From: a virus
Lineage: Duplodnaviria > Caudoviricetes
IMG/VR virus record: IMGVR_UViG_3300036951_000320
Span: 1 to 64,000 of that record
Direction: 5' to 3' (one strand)
Length of the DNA stretch: 64,000 nucleotides
Under the pieces are notes generated by a model. That model was not told the DNA's origin. It saw nothing but the letters and a program-made list of their open reading frames with translations, and made no database searches. The position numbers were made by a program, and so were the translations under genes. Positions 8,836-18,487 of the stretch are shown in pieces. Each line of letters begins with the position of its first letter. Within the stretch, counting starts at the first letter, position 1.

Positions 8836-10086
8836 ATGCGGCGTGTGAAGCAACCGGCGACGAAGGGTAGGGCCGAACCGGCGGCGAGCACACGGCGGGC
8901 GAAGCGACCGGCGGGGTCGGGCGCGGGCTCGATCTCGCCGGTTGCGTTTGCCAGCAACCGCGAACGGCTCGACGCAATGGCGGCGGTGGCGGAGCGCTTC
9001 GCATCGTGGCGACCCCCGGCGGAGGTGCTTGTGCCGGTGCGTGCGGTGCCGACGTGTTTCCCACAAATCGACGAAGTAACGCGCGTTGCGGGGTGGCCTA
9101 TCGAACGCTTTGCGCTCGCGCATGGCCCGAGCAACGAAGGGAAGACGGCGCTTGCACACGGGCTCGGACTTTCGTTTCTTCAACGTGGACATTTCTACGG
9201 CCTACTGGACGCGGAGCGAACCACGCCGGCGACGTGGGTTCGAAAGCTCATGCACGACTTCGCGGTGCATCCGGGATTTCGTGCGCTTCGACCCGGAAGC
9301 TACGAAGAGGCGGTGGACGCGGTTCGATCGTTTTGCGAAACGATCGGGGAGGCGAAGGCAAAGGGGCATCTTCCATCGGATACCTCGGGGCTTGTCGTGG
9401 TTGATTCGATCCGCAAGCTTGTCCCGAGAAAATTCATGGCGACGATCATGGAGCATGGTGCGCAAGGTGCGAAATCGAAGGGGGTCGATGGTGCGAGCGG
9501 GCGAGCGGCGATGATCAAGGCAATGCTGAACGCTGCATGGCTTGACGAATTGATCCCGTTGCTTGCCGATACGGGAACGGCAATGCTCGCGATCACGCGC
9601 GAAGCCGAAAATCCCGATGCTGGCGCGGGAAGCTTTGGGGCGGATGACTTCAAGGTATCGGGAGGAAAGGCGTTGATCTTCGATTCCGCGCTTGTCGTGC
9701 GAGTAACGCGCGGCTCATGGGTAAGGGAAGGCTCGGGTGAAGACTCTCGGATCATCGGAGAGCGGCATTGCGTCGAAGTTCGTAAAACGAAGATCGGCGG
9801 TAAGGATAGCAAGCGGCCCCGGTGTCATTTTCACACGTCGAACGGGGTGCTCGTGCCCGAAGGCTTCGATCGACCACGTGACGTGATCGAGCTTGCGCTT
9901 GAACACGAGATCGTCACGGTGAACGGTTCGTGGTTCGCGTGGGGCGATCGGCGGCTCGGGCAGGGCATGAACCAAGCGGTTAGGAAGCTGCACGCGGAGC
10001 CCGACTTGTGCGGGGAGCTTGAAGCGGAATGCCGCGCGAAATTCCCAAAGGAAGGAATGAACGATGCGGATCCTACTCACAAGTGA
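8836..10086 (+). CDS. recA: RecA/UvsX-like recombinase
   Basis: Walker A HGPSNEGKT, Walker B LVVVDSI, SGGKALIFDS, C-terminal GSWFAWGDRRLGQG. Confidence 0.9.
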   Translation: MRRVKQPATKGRAEPAASTRRAKRPAGSGAGSISPVAFASNRERLDAMAAVAERFASWRPPAEVLVPVRAVPTCFPQIDEVTRVAGWPIERFALAHGPSNEGKTALAHGLGLSFLQRGHFYGLLDAERTTPATWVRKLMHDFAVHPGFRALRPGSYEEAVDAVRSFCETIGEAKAKGHLPSDTSGLVVVDSIRKLVPRKFMATIMEHGAQGAKSKGVDGASGRAAMIKAMLNAAWLDELIPLLADTGTAMLAITREAENPDAGAGSFGADDFKVSGGKALIFDSALVVRVTRGSWVREGSGEDSRIIGERHCVEVRKTKIGGKDSKRPRCHFHTSNGVLVPEGFDRPRDVIELALEHEIVTVNGSWFAWGDRRLGQGMNQAVRKLHAEPDLCGELEAECRAKFPKEGMNDADPTHK

Positions 10087-10789
10087 CTGGCACCTTGACG
10101 CGGCAACGGCGGGCTTCGTTCGCTTCGACGACCTCCGGGCGACGGTGCGGCGGATCGTTGACGTTGCGATTGCGGAGCGGGTTGCGCTTTTCGTGTTCAT
10201 GGGCGATTTGTCTAATCCTGATTCCGTGCGTGTTCATGCTTCGATCGAGGTGGCGGTTGAAGCGGCGATGAACCTTGCACGATCGGGGATTCCGTCGCGT
10301 TGGCTTACGGGAAATCATGATGTGGTGGAAGATGGATCGGGCGCATCGACGTTATCACCCCTCCGTCCGTTGTCGGGGGTTGAAAGCACGAATCCGTATC
10401 CGATGGTGAGGGTTTACGATGGACCATGTTTCGAGAGCATCGGTGGGGTCGGTGTTCTCGCGTTGCCGTTCACGTCGCGTGCTCGTGCATACGATCCGGC
10501 GGAGGTTGTGTCGCAATTTGAGGCGAACCTACCGATACTCGTTGTCGGACACTTGAACATCGAAGGAATTGAACCTGGCAGTGAAACGACAGATTTTCCG
10601 CGCGGGCGTGAGGTGTTTCTTCCGATAAGAGTGATCCGTGAGCGGATGCCGAAAGCGCTTGTCGCAAATGGACATTATCATCGGAGAACGCAGTATAACG
10701 GGATACATATACCGGGAGCGATCGCTTCTCTCACGTTCGGGGAGCAATTAAACGTTCCCGGTGTGCTTATAGCGGAGGTTGCATCATGA
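10064..10789 (+). CDS. sbcD: SbcD/Mre11-like (gp47) metallophosphoesterase nuclease domain
   Basis: SDWH, GDL, GNHD, GHL and GHYH motifs. Confidence 0.9.
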   Translation: MRILLTSDWHLDAATAGFVRFDDLRATVRRIVDVAIAERVALFVFMGDLSNPDSVRVHASIEVAVEAAMNLARSGIPSRWLTGNHDVVEDGSGASTLSPLRPLSGVESTNPYPMVRVYDGPCFESIGGVGVLALPFTSRARAYDPAEVVSQFEANLPILVVGHLNIEGIEPGSETTDFPRGREVFLPIRVIRERMPKALVANGHYHRRTQYNGIHIPGAIASLTFGEQLNVPGVLIAEVAS

Positions 10790-11232
10790 GACGGCTTCGA
10801 TCGGCGGCGGGGCAGTTGGTTACGGAAACACGTGTTTCCGTCGCGACCCCGAAGGTGGGGGTAGTGATTCTCGATACGCGCCCCGTGTTCACTGTATCCC
10901 CCGAAAGTTTCCAACAGATCATGGTCGGCGAAGAAGTGCCAGAATGCGAGGGGGCGATCGTGCGGGTGTTTCCACCGGAAGGAACGACAGAAGAAGGAAT
11001 AGGCAACGTGGAATGGAAGCTTCGCGATTCGGGGGCGGTCGTGGTTCGCATGATGCCTACCCCCCGAACGTCTACGGTGACGGCGGATGCAAAGGCGGAG
11101 GTGGCAACCCCCATGGCAGTAACACGGACGATCCGGGGTGTCGTGGCGGAGCTTGTGGCACGTGCGAGAACGCGCAACCCGGATGCGCTTCGTGAGGTGG
11201 TCGAAGATGCTCTTGCGGCGGAGGAATTATGA
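10786..11232 (+). CDS. Probable separately encoded SbcD C-terminal domain
   Basis: 148 aa, translationally coupled between the SbcD nuclease and SbcC; the upstream SbcD ORF is short. Confidence 0.45.
   Translation: MRRLRSAAGQLVTETRVSVATPKVGVVILDTRPVFTVSPESFQQIMVGEEVPECEGAIVRVFPPEGTTEEGIGNVEWKLRDSGAVVVRMMPTPRTSTVTADAKAEVATPMAVTRTIRGVVAELVARARTRNPDALREVVEDALAAEEL
10822..10841. promoter_or_regulatory. 20-bp palindrome copy 2
   Basis: ACGGAAACACGTGTTTCCGT exact. Confidence 0.9.
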
Positions 11233-13241
11233 GCACGTATATTTCACGGATGACGTTGCATAATTGGCTTCGATACCGTGGGGACCACGAAGTGTTTTTC
11301 GAACCTACGATCTATGGTGTCACGGCTTCGCACGAAGCGGATCCAGCGCGATCCAATTGGCTCGGGAAGACTTCGATCCTCGCGGGTGTTCGGTTCGCGC
11401 TATTCGGCACGCACCCCGCACGCACGGAAGACGAATGGATCACGCGAGGAGAAGCCGAAGGCTCCGTGCGGATCGAGCTTTCCGACGGGATGACGATCAC
11501 GCGGGAGCGCAAGCGCGGGAGCGCAACGCGGCTCTTCGTGCGGTGGCCCGGACGTGAGGGGGAGCCGGCTACGGGAGCAGCGGCGCAAGCGGCGATCGTT
11601 GAAGCGCTCGGACTTACCGAGGGTGACTTCATGGCAACGTGCTTCTTCGAGCAAAAGAACCTTGCGCGCTTCGTGGTGGCGCGGCCAGCGGAGCGACAAG
11701 AGATCGTGGCGGGTTGGTTACAGCTTGGGAAGCTTCAAGCGGCGGAATCTCGGACTCGCCGAATACTCGGGGAACGAATTGATCGAAAGACAACGCTTGT
11801 GGCAAAGCGTGATGCGATGAAGGGAGAAATTGTTGCGATCCTAGCGTCACGCTTTGACGCTGTGACGGATGCGGATGCGAACATGAGCAAGCGGGCAGAA
11901 TCAGAACAATTTATGATTGAAGCAGTGTTCGATCTTCAAAATGTTCGCGATGCTGCGAAAGCTGTTGCAGAGGAAGCGCGGGAGGCATACCGGAGGCGTG
12001 AGGCATGGGAAAAGGCATCGGCGGCACGGGAAGCTTTTGATCGAGCGGTGGCCAGTGTGGAGGAAGCGAATGTGCGTCGTGAAAAGGCGATAGCGGACGC
12101 GGAAACGGCCCTTGCAGGCTTCGATGCCGCAAAGGTTGAAGCTTCATTGCGAGACGCAACCAAAGCGCAGCAAGAGGCAATTGCGGCGCTAGCACGGGCG
12201 CGTGATACCGAATCGCAACGGGCGGCCCTTGCGTGCGGTGCATTCGATGGGGTGTGTCCCGTTGATGGGCACGTGTGTCCCGATGCGGAGATTATGAATG
12301 CGGCAAGAGAAGCGAACGAAATAAGTCTTCGTGAAGCGGTGAGCGAGCGGGTTCGTGCTGATAAAGCCGTAAGCAGCGCGAAAAATCGCGTTGAAGAGGC
12401 GTCGGAAAGCGCTCGAAGGATAGAAGCCTTGCGTGGGCAGATTAACGCGTTGAAGAGGCATCCTGTGGCCGCAATGGGCGATCCTCCCCCGGACCCCGGG
12501 GAAGCCCCTCCGGTGGTGGACGCGGTGACACCATGGGATGCATATCAAGCGGCGGAGGCGGATTATCGTGAAGCAGAACAGCAAGCCGATCGGTTGAGGC
12601 GAACCTACGATGGTATGGGGAAACTTGAAGGGGAGATAGCAGCGGCGGAAGCGGAGATTGACACGTTACGCGAGGCGGTGGCGATACTCGGGAGGCAGGG
12701 AGCGCAACGGGTGATAGCGGAGGGTGCGCTTTCGGAAATCGAAGACGGAGCGAATGCGCTTCTTCGGGAGGCGGGGATTGATCTACGCGTTGTCGTGCGA
12801 TGGAGCCATGAAGGGCAAGGACTTGCGACAACGTGTGAGGCGTGCGGGGCTCCGTTCCCGTCGTCGACGAAGGTGCGAGAATGCGCGAAGTGCGGGGCGA
12901 CGCGCGGGGCGAAGATGATCGATCGGCTCGAAGTCGTGCTTTCGGATCGGTCGGGTGCGGCGGATGATCTTGCGGGAGCGGCGATACAGCTTGCGGCGGG
13001 AGCATGGCTTCGAAAACAACGTAATGCGGCGTGGTCGGTGGCGTTGATCGATGAACCGTTCGGGGCGCTCGATGAAGCGAACCGGGGAGCCTTCGCGGTG
13101 CATTTGGCGGCGATGCTTCGGGGGCGCTACGGGTATGCACAAGCCTTCGTGATCGCGCATACTCGGGGCGTCATGGATGCCCTTCCGGGGCGCGTGGAAG
13201 TCACGGGTCGCGAGGCGGGGTCAAGTCTTCGGGTGGTGTGA
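11229..13241 (+). CDS. sbcC: SbcC/Rad50-like (gp46) SMC ATPase
   Basis: Walker A SNWLGKT, coiled coils around CPVDGHVC, Walker B/D-loop LIDEPFGALD, H-loop IAH. Confidence 0.9.
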   Translation: MSTYISRMTLHNWLRYRGDHEVFFEPTIYGVTASHEADPARSNWLGKTSILAGVRFALFGTHPARTEDEWITRGEAEGSVRIELSDGMTITRERKRGSATRLFVRWPGREGEPATGAAAQAAIVEALGLTEGDFMATCFFEQKNLARFVVARPAERQEIVAGWLQLGKLQAAESRTRRILGERIDRKTTLVAKRDAMKGEIVAILASRFDAVTDADANMSKRAESEQFMIEAVFDLQNVRDAAKAVAEEAREAYRRREAWEKASAAREAFDRAVASVEEANVRREKAIADAETALAGFDAAKVEASLRDATKAQQEAIAALARARDTESQRAALACGAFDGVCPVDGHVCPDAEIMNAAREANEISLREAVSERVRADKAVSSAKNRVEEASESARRIEALRGQINALKRHPVAAMGDPPPDPGEAPPVVDAVTPWDAYQAAEADYREAEQQADRLRRTYDGMGKLEGEIAAAEAEIDTLREAVAILGRQGAQRVIAEGALSEIEDGANALLREAGIDLRVVVRWSHEGQGLATTCEACGAPFPSSTKVRECAKCGATRGAKMIDRLEVVLSDRSGAADDLAGAAIQLAAGAWLRKQRNAAWSVALIDEPFGALDEANRGAFAVHLAAMLRGRYGYAQAFVIAHTRGVMDALPGRVEVTGREAGSSLRVV

Positions 13242-13804
13242 TGCCGGGCAGGAAAGGGAACGCGGGTGAGCGGGAGGTAGCGCGGGCGCTTCAAGCGTGG
13301 TGGGCGACGCGCGACCCCGAATGCCGGTTCATCCGAACCCCGCTTTCGGGCGGGTGGGCGGGCGCCGACACGCGGCGCGACTTCCGGGCGAGCGGCGACG
13401 TGATGACAACGGCGAAGGGGTTTCCCTTCGTGGTCGAAGTCAAGCGGCGCGAGGCATGGAGCGTGCGGAATTTCGTAGAAGGCAAGCGCTCCCCGGTGTG
13501 GGGGTGGTGGGGAGAAGCCGTGATGGAAGCGAACGAAGTCGACGGCGTTCCGATGCTATGGGTTCGGAAAAACGCGGAGCCGGCGGATCACTTCGGCCCC
13601 CGGCTTCCGCCGGTGTGGCTTGTGCTCGTTCCGTGGACGCTGGCGAGGAAGCTTCCCTTGTGGCCCGATCTCATTTGGACCCCCGACGAATTCGGCGCGG
13701 GGGTGGACGTTGCGGGCGTGATGCCGGCGGGATACCTCGCAATGCGGCTTGTGTTGGTTGATCCGCTGGCGGTTGTGGAAGGGGCGAAGCAATGGCGAAG
13801 GTAG
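13241..13804 (+). CDS. Holliday junction resolvase (Hjc-like PD-(D/E)xK)
   Basis: RKGNAGEREV...GD...FVVEVKRRE. Confidence 0.75.
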   Translation: MPGRKGNAGEREVARALQAWWATRDPECRFIRTPLSGGWAGADTRRDFRASGDVMTTAKGFPFVVEVKRREAWSVRNFVEGKRSPVWGWWGEAVMEANEVDGVPMLWVRKNAEPADHFGPRLPPVWLVLVPWTLARKLPLWPDLIWTPDEFGAGVDVAGVMPAGYLAMRLVLVDPLAVVEGAKQWRR

Positions 13805-14454
13805 ATTCGGATATTGTGTTCCATACGAAGATGGCGCTTGTCGATGCCGGCAAATTGAACCCGGCTGCATACAACCCCCGGAAGATCACAAGCGCGAAGC
13901 TCGAAGCATTGAAGGCTTCGATCCGGGAGAATGGCTTCGTCGAACCGATCGTGATCCAACGCTCGCGAATGGCAATCGTGGGGGGGCATCAGCGGTATCG
14001 AGCGCTCCGGGAAATGAGCGAAGAACGCGGGGTGTCTTTCAAGCTGCTTTCGGTGCCTTGCATCGTGCTTGATCTGACAGATCGTCAAGCAATGCTCTTG
14101 AATATCGCGTTGAATAACACGTCGGGCGAATTCGATGACGAGATGCTTCGTGTGCTCGTGAAGCGGGTCGAGCGGGATCAAGAGATCACGGCATCCGAAG
14201 CGCTATCGACTGGATTCACGCAACGGCAGATCGAAGCTCTCATTGCTCCCGTCAAGGTGAGCGAAGACGGGGACAATTTGCCGTTTGCTTCAAGCGTAAC
14301 GCTATCGCTTGCGTTTGATTCAGTTTCGGAGCGTGATGCTGTAAAAGGATTGCTTGCGGAGCTAGCGGTGGGGGCGTCGAAAAAAACGGGAACAATCGTG
14401 CGGGAATTACTTGAAGCGAGGGCTTCAAGTAATCGAAAAAAGGCTCAAATATGA
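13792..14454 (+). CDS. ParB N-terminal (ParB/Srx) domain protein
   Basis: YNPRKI...SIRENGFVEPIVI...IVGGHQRYRAL. Confidence 0.85.
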   Translation: MAKVDSDIVFHTKMALVDAGKLNPAAYNPRKITSAKLEALKASIRENGFVEPIVIQRSRMAIVGGHQRYRALREMSEERGVSFKLLSVPCIVLDLTDRQAMLLNIALNNTSGEFDDEMLRVLVKRVERDQEITASEALSTGFTQRQIEALIAPVKVSEDGDNLPFASSVTLSLAFDSVSERDAVKGLLAELAVGASKKTGTIVRELLEARASSNRKKAQI

Positions 14455-14912
14455 ACCGTTTCGAGCGATTCGTGCGTGATGCGCTCGAAAAGCTATTGAA
14501 ACGCTTTCACGAAGGGCCCGAGCCTCCCCCCCGGCTCCGCGAAACGGTGATCTTGTGGCGTGTGTTGAACCCGGAAGCGACGATCGACGCATGGGAGAAG
14601 TTTGCGATTTCGCAAGCCGAAGACGCCTATCGATGCGGCTTCGTGCGCGGACTTGAACGAAACCTACGCAACCCCGAAGCGATGCCTCCCGAAGTCGCCG
14701 ACGCGATCGAGCGTGCGCGGCATGATTGGAGCATCGTGCAGTCCGAAGAAATGCGACGCGTGATCGAAGAACGGGTGAATCCATTCGATCCGCTTGATGG
14801 GGTGCCGATGGAAAAACGTGCCGAATTTTTCGATGAAATCGGCGCGTATTATGGAACGCATCGCGTGGTGGTCATACCGGATGACGGCAACGATGGTTCG
14901 GATCAAGGTTGA
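14451..14912 (+). CDS. Hypothetical protein
   Basis: 153 aa, overlaps the previous stop (ATGA). Confidence 0.7.
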   Translation: MNRFERFVRDALEKLLKRFHEGPEPPPRLRETVILWRVLNPEATIDAWEKFAISQAEDAYRCGFVRGLERNLRNPEAMPPEVADAIERARHDWSIVQSEEMRRVIEERVNPFDPLDGVPMEKRAEFFDEIGAYYGTHRVVVIPDDGNDGSDQG

Positions 14913-14953
14913 TCGTCGGGTGTAACGTGCGATGATGCGTTACGGAGGTAGTT

Positions 14954-15443
14954 ATGGTTTTGGTAGTTTTGAACCTTATTCTAGCGCTTGTGAAGCTTCC
15001 GGCGGTGGACGCGACAACGATTGACACGCGGTGTGCTGACGTGTCGATTGCTCGTTATTGCGGGGTTTCACGCGGGAGTGCAAGATTGTTCACGCTGCAC
15101 GGGGAAGAACCTGTGGTGTGATCGCGGGCGTTCAGTTAGCTTGTTCCAATTGTATCAAGGGCAAGCGTGGGGTGGTCACACGCGGGAAGAGCTATGCTCG
15201 GACAACCGAATTGCAGCGGCACAGGCGAATCGGTTGCTTGTGATGAAGGGCAAGCGGACGGGAACCCCTCGAAAAATGTTCATGAGTTATGCAGGTGCCG
15301 GTGGGCAGGCATCGATCTATGGTGGACAAATCGCAAGCATTTTCGATCGCTTGCTCGATCGTGCGGGGTATCGAATCGATCATCGTGCGGGGCCATTCGT
15401 GGTGATCCCGAAAAGCGCGGCATCATTGAAACATGGCACTTGA
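14954..15443 (+). pseudogene. Possible frameshifted lysozyme/lytic transglycosylase-like gene
   Basis: RBS-led 55-aa ORF with a hydrophobic N-terminus (14954-15121) overlaps an out-of-frame ORF containing GFHAGVQDC...CDRGRSVSLFQL, with no ES catalytic motif. Confidence 0.3.
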
Positions 15444-15639
15444 TCCGAAAAAGGCATCGAATGCTCTGGTTGCGGTGGTGGATCTGTACTCGGCGATCGT
15501 TGCTGAATTGTTAACAGCAAATGCAGCGCAAGCGGTGGTCATACAACGGCTTGGGGAGCAAATACGAGGCGGTATGAGCGGAGGCAACCCCGATGGGCAC
15601 GAAGACGAAGGAAGAGAAAGCAGCGGAGCAATGGGTTGA
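15433..15639 (+). CDS. Hypothetical protein
   Basis: 68 aa helical ORF in the co-oriented run. Confidence 0.55.
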   Translation: MALDPKKASNALVAVVDLYSAIVAELLTANAAQAVVIQRLGEQIRGGMSGGNPDGHEDEGRESSGAMG

Positions 15640-15895
15640 ATGGAACCCGGGATTTGCGCGCCATGTAAGGGGTCGATACACGGTGAGGGTGTTCGACCCT
15701 GAAACGGGACTCCCCGAACCGCAACGGATCGAAGTGCGGTGTCTGCTATGCGGTGATACGTGGCAAGGCACTTGTCTGTCGGGGCAAGTGCGCACTCATA
15801 TTGCTAGATTCGGTGCGGTACATGCGCACCGGGATCCTCTTGAGGCTTCGCGCGTTGTGCGCCCCGGTTCCCTTCGGGTGGGGGGCGGAAAATGA
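15593..15895 (+). CDS. Hypothetical Zn-binding protein
   Basis: CLLC...C...H..H pattern; coupled to next ORF. Confidence 0.6.
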   Translation: MGTKTKEEKAAEQWVEWNPGFARHVRGRYTVRVFDPETGLPEPQRIEVRCLLCGDTWQGTCLSGQVRTHIARFGAVHAHRDPLEASRVVRPGSLRVGGGK

Positions 15896-16077
15896 AAATG
15901 ACAAATGCCGCCCCGGAACCGGCCCGAAAACGCACCGGGCGGGTGGTGGTGACGTTACCACCGGGGGAAGCGGGGACGCTCGTGTTAGCGGGTGCTTATG
16001 TCGTGGTGATGCGGCAAGCGATGCGGAGGCGAAGGTATGAAACGAATTCGGAACGCGTCGGAATTTCTTCGAGGTGA
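15892..16077 (+). CDS. Hypothetical protein
   Basis: 61 aa, ATGA overlap with previous ORF. Confidence 0.4.
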   Translation: MKMTNAAPEPARKRTGRVVVTLPPGEAGTLVLAGAYVVVMRQAMRRRRYETNSERVGISSR

Positions 16078-16567
16078 CGTTGCGGAAAAGCTTAGGCTTT
16101 TCGCAACGCAATTGTACGAAGAGCACGGCACGGCGGAACCGTTTGCGTTTGCGTTTGCGCGAGCGAAGCGCAATCCGGCAACGCTCGAAGAATTCTCGAA
16201 TGAAATGGTGTTCGTGATTCGACCCGAGGTGCCGATCCGAAGTGAGAAGGACACGGAACGATTCATCGACGTAGTGCGGTCGATGGTGGACCGGGCGAAC
16301 GCGCAATGGGCGGCGCTTGTTCTTCCGGATGCGGCGTGCGTGCTGTCGGGAGCGGCACTCTCCCGGACCGGGAGCCTTCGGAGCATTGAAACGGTGCTTG
16401 TGCAATTGCAGAAAGCCGGTGAACCCGTGCGGTCGCAATTTGCTCCTGTGATACGGCGTGAAGACACGGGCGAAGCGGTTGTGATGCCGTTTTCGGACGT
16501 GGTGACCCCATGGTTGCGGGCGCTTGTTCCTTCCCCCGAAGACAAGACACATATCGGCCTATCATGA
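16037..16567 (+). CDS. Hypothetical protein
   Basis: 176 aa with RBS. Confidence 0.7.
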   Translation: MKRIRNASEFLRGDVAEKLRLFATQLYEEHGTAEPFAFAFARAKRNPATLEEFSNEMVFVIRPEVPIRSEKDTERFIDVVRSMVDRANAQWAALVLPDAACVLSGAALSRTGSLRSIETVLVQLQKAGEPVRSQFAPVIRREDTGEAVVMPFSDVVTPWLRALVPSPEDKTHIGLS

Positions 16568-16579
16568 AGAGGTGATGCA

Positions 16580-16912
16580 ATGGGTAACGAATGCGACATG
16601 GCGGATTTGGTTTCTGGGTATCATGGGGCGGCGGTGTGGTTCTCATTCCCCCCGAGCATGTCGTTTGCGGCGGTGGCGGCTGCGCTACCGGGCGTGCTTG
16701 GGTATGCGCTCGTGTTAGGGCTTGCGGTGTTCGTGTTCGATGGGAATGAGGTGAGTTTACTAATGCTTGATCCGGATGAAGTGATCCTTTCTTCGCGCGT
16801 GGCGAAGCTTGTTCGAATCATCGAAGCGATGGGGGGATGTGGGGTACGGAGCGAAGTCGGGGGGGACGTGACAAACAGGCTTCGAGCAAAGGTTGTAAGC
16901 GCTCAAGTGTGA
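16580..16912 (+). CDS. Hypothetical protein
   Basis: 110 aa, RBS GAGGTG. Confidence 0.6.
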   Translation: MGNECDMADLVSGYHGAAVWFSFPPSMSFAAVAAALPGVLGYALVLGLAVFVFDGNEVSLLMLDPDEVILSSRVAKLVRIIEAMGGCGVRSEVGGDVTNRLRAKVVSAQV

Positions 16913-16920
16913 AGTGCGGC

Positions 16921-17187
16921 ATGATGAAGACGCTTCGCGTATGGAAAGAGGATTTTGATGGGCGGCGATATACGGGCACGTGGCGCTATCGTACGGAGCA
17001 TATCGAAGTGATCGTGTTTCCGGAAGGAATGACCTTTTATATGTCGTGTTCGAGGTTGAAGATGGAGCGGGTTAATCTTCGAACGACAATGCCGGAGCAC
17101 GCAAAATTGGAAGCGCTTTCGATGGTGCGCGCGTTCATCGTGCAACTAGAGCGCGAAGTCGGGGAGCCGGCGAAGGTGAAGCGATAA
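16921..17187 (+). CDS. Hypothetical protein
   Basis: 88 aa from ATG 16921. Confidence 0.6.
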   Translation: MMKTLRVWKEDFDGRRYTGTWRYRTEHIEVIVFPEGMTFYMSCSRLKMERVNLRTTMPEHAKLEALSMVRAFIVQLEREVGEPAKVKR

Positions 17188-17513
17188 AGTGCGGAGCGAG
17201 CAACGGAACGGGAGCCGTGCAGTTCGAACCGGGTCCGATCGTGGGCGAGCATCGGGTAGCGGGCATCGGGCATCGGGTAGCGGCGTGTGGCCCGTGCCCG
17301 AAGTGCGGCGGCATGGGGTCCGTTGTGGGGACTTCCGGCGGGACCCGTTGTCATGACGCTTGACGCTAAACATGCGTAGACATAGGACAATTTGCAGGCT
17401 CGTGGGAAGTGTTCTTCGAAACACACATGAAAACAAGGGGTGTGCTGAACGGTAACTTGATCTGCCCCCTGATACCATTGAAAACCACTATATAGATCGC
17501 ATGGTTACGAGCG

Positions 17514-17533
17514 ACGGAAACACGTGTTTCCGT
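17514..17533. promoter_or_regulatory. 20-bp palindrome copy 3
   Basis: Exact copy; TACGTT hexamer 29 nt downstream (17563-17568). Confidence 0.9.
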
Positions 17534-17602
17534 GAGAAGAACCCATGGGCGTTGTCACGATCTACGTTGAAGCGACACTTCAAATGCGACGTGCAAGAGG
17601 CG

Positions 17603-17713
17603 ATGAACCCCGGTTCCGACGGAAAGCCTGTGGCGGGGGCAGTGCTCGCTCAAATGCGGGCAGCGCTTCGCGCACGCCCACCGATCGCAGGCATGCACGA
17701 ATCATTGCAGTAA
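17603..17713 (+). CDS. Small hypothetical protein
   Basis: 36 aa, RBS AGAGG, downstream of the palindrome-linked hexamer. Confidence 0.3.
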   Translation: MNPGSDGKPVAGAVLAQMRAALRARPPIAGMHESLQ

Positions 17714-18040
17714 ACCCTTGCTCGACACAATGCTCGCACCACGCAAAGGAAACCCCCCAACGCTGCCCCGCAATTGGCCCTTCCTGGCGTTGTCACGTGC
17801 CAGACGGCCAACAGAGCCCCAGGTGACTCCCGCTCGCAAACGTGGGGCATCGTGGGCGACGACTGGCACTTGACGTGATGAAGGCGAAGCTCGATCAAGC
17901 GATGGAGATCCTTGCGGCGGTGAAGGTATGCGGTGCAAGCATGATCAACTTTTGAGGTGTAGGCACGCCGGAAGAGTATCGCTCCAACCCCGGCGCATGC
18001 AAGCGCACGCGGCATGATCCAAATGAAGGAAGATCGAACA

Positions 18041-18199
18041 ATGAACGAACCAAAACGCGCTTCCGAACGTCTACATCCCGTGCAATGCTCCCTTTACATG
18101 CACCTTCGCAACCCCCTGAACACGAAGCAACACATCTTGACCGGCGATCGCACCGATAACACCCCGATAGACGCCGACCTCATGGGGAGAACACGGTGA
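18041..18199 (+). CDS. Small hypothetical protein
   Basis: RBS AAGGAAG; 52 aa; coupled to next ORF. Confidence 0.5.
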   Translation: MNEPKRASERLHPVQCSLYMHLRNPLNTKQHILTGDRTDNTPIDADLMGRTR

Positions 18200-18390
18200 A
18201 ACCTCCCCCCGTCAATTGGCCCCTCGTGCAACGCATCATGGAACGCTCCATTCGAGGCTCACCCCCCACGATCGAAGAATCCTCTTGCCTCGCGTCCGCC
18301 TTCGCGCGTGACCCCGAACGCTACGCTTCCCTTCATGAGTTCGTGCGCCGGACTGCACATGCCGAAGTCAACCCCCTCGCACGCTCATAA
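18196..18390 (+). CDS. Small hypothetical protein
   Basis: 64 aa, GTGA overlap. Confidence 0.5.
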   Translation: MKPPPVNWPLVQRIMERSIRGSPPTIEESSCLASAFARDPERYASLHEFVRRTAHAEVNPLARS

Positions 18391-18487
18391 CGATGAACAC
18401 AAGCAACGCACAACCCCAAGCAACGCTTGTCCAACCCCCCCTCCCGCAACGCTTGACCAAGTACGCAAATTGTCTCACCATTGACGA

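Noticed and set aside
17245-17285. Short GCATCGG(GTAGCG) repeats
   Set aside because: Only three to four degenerate copies with no functional context.
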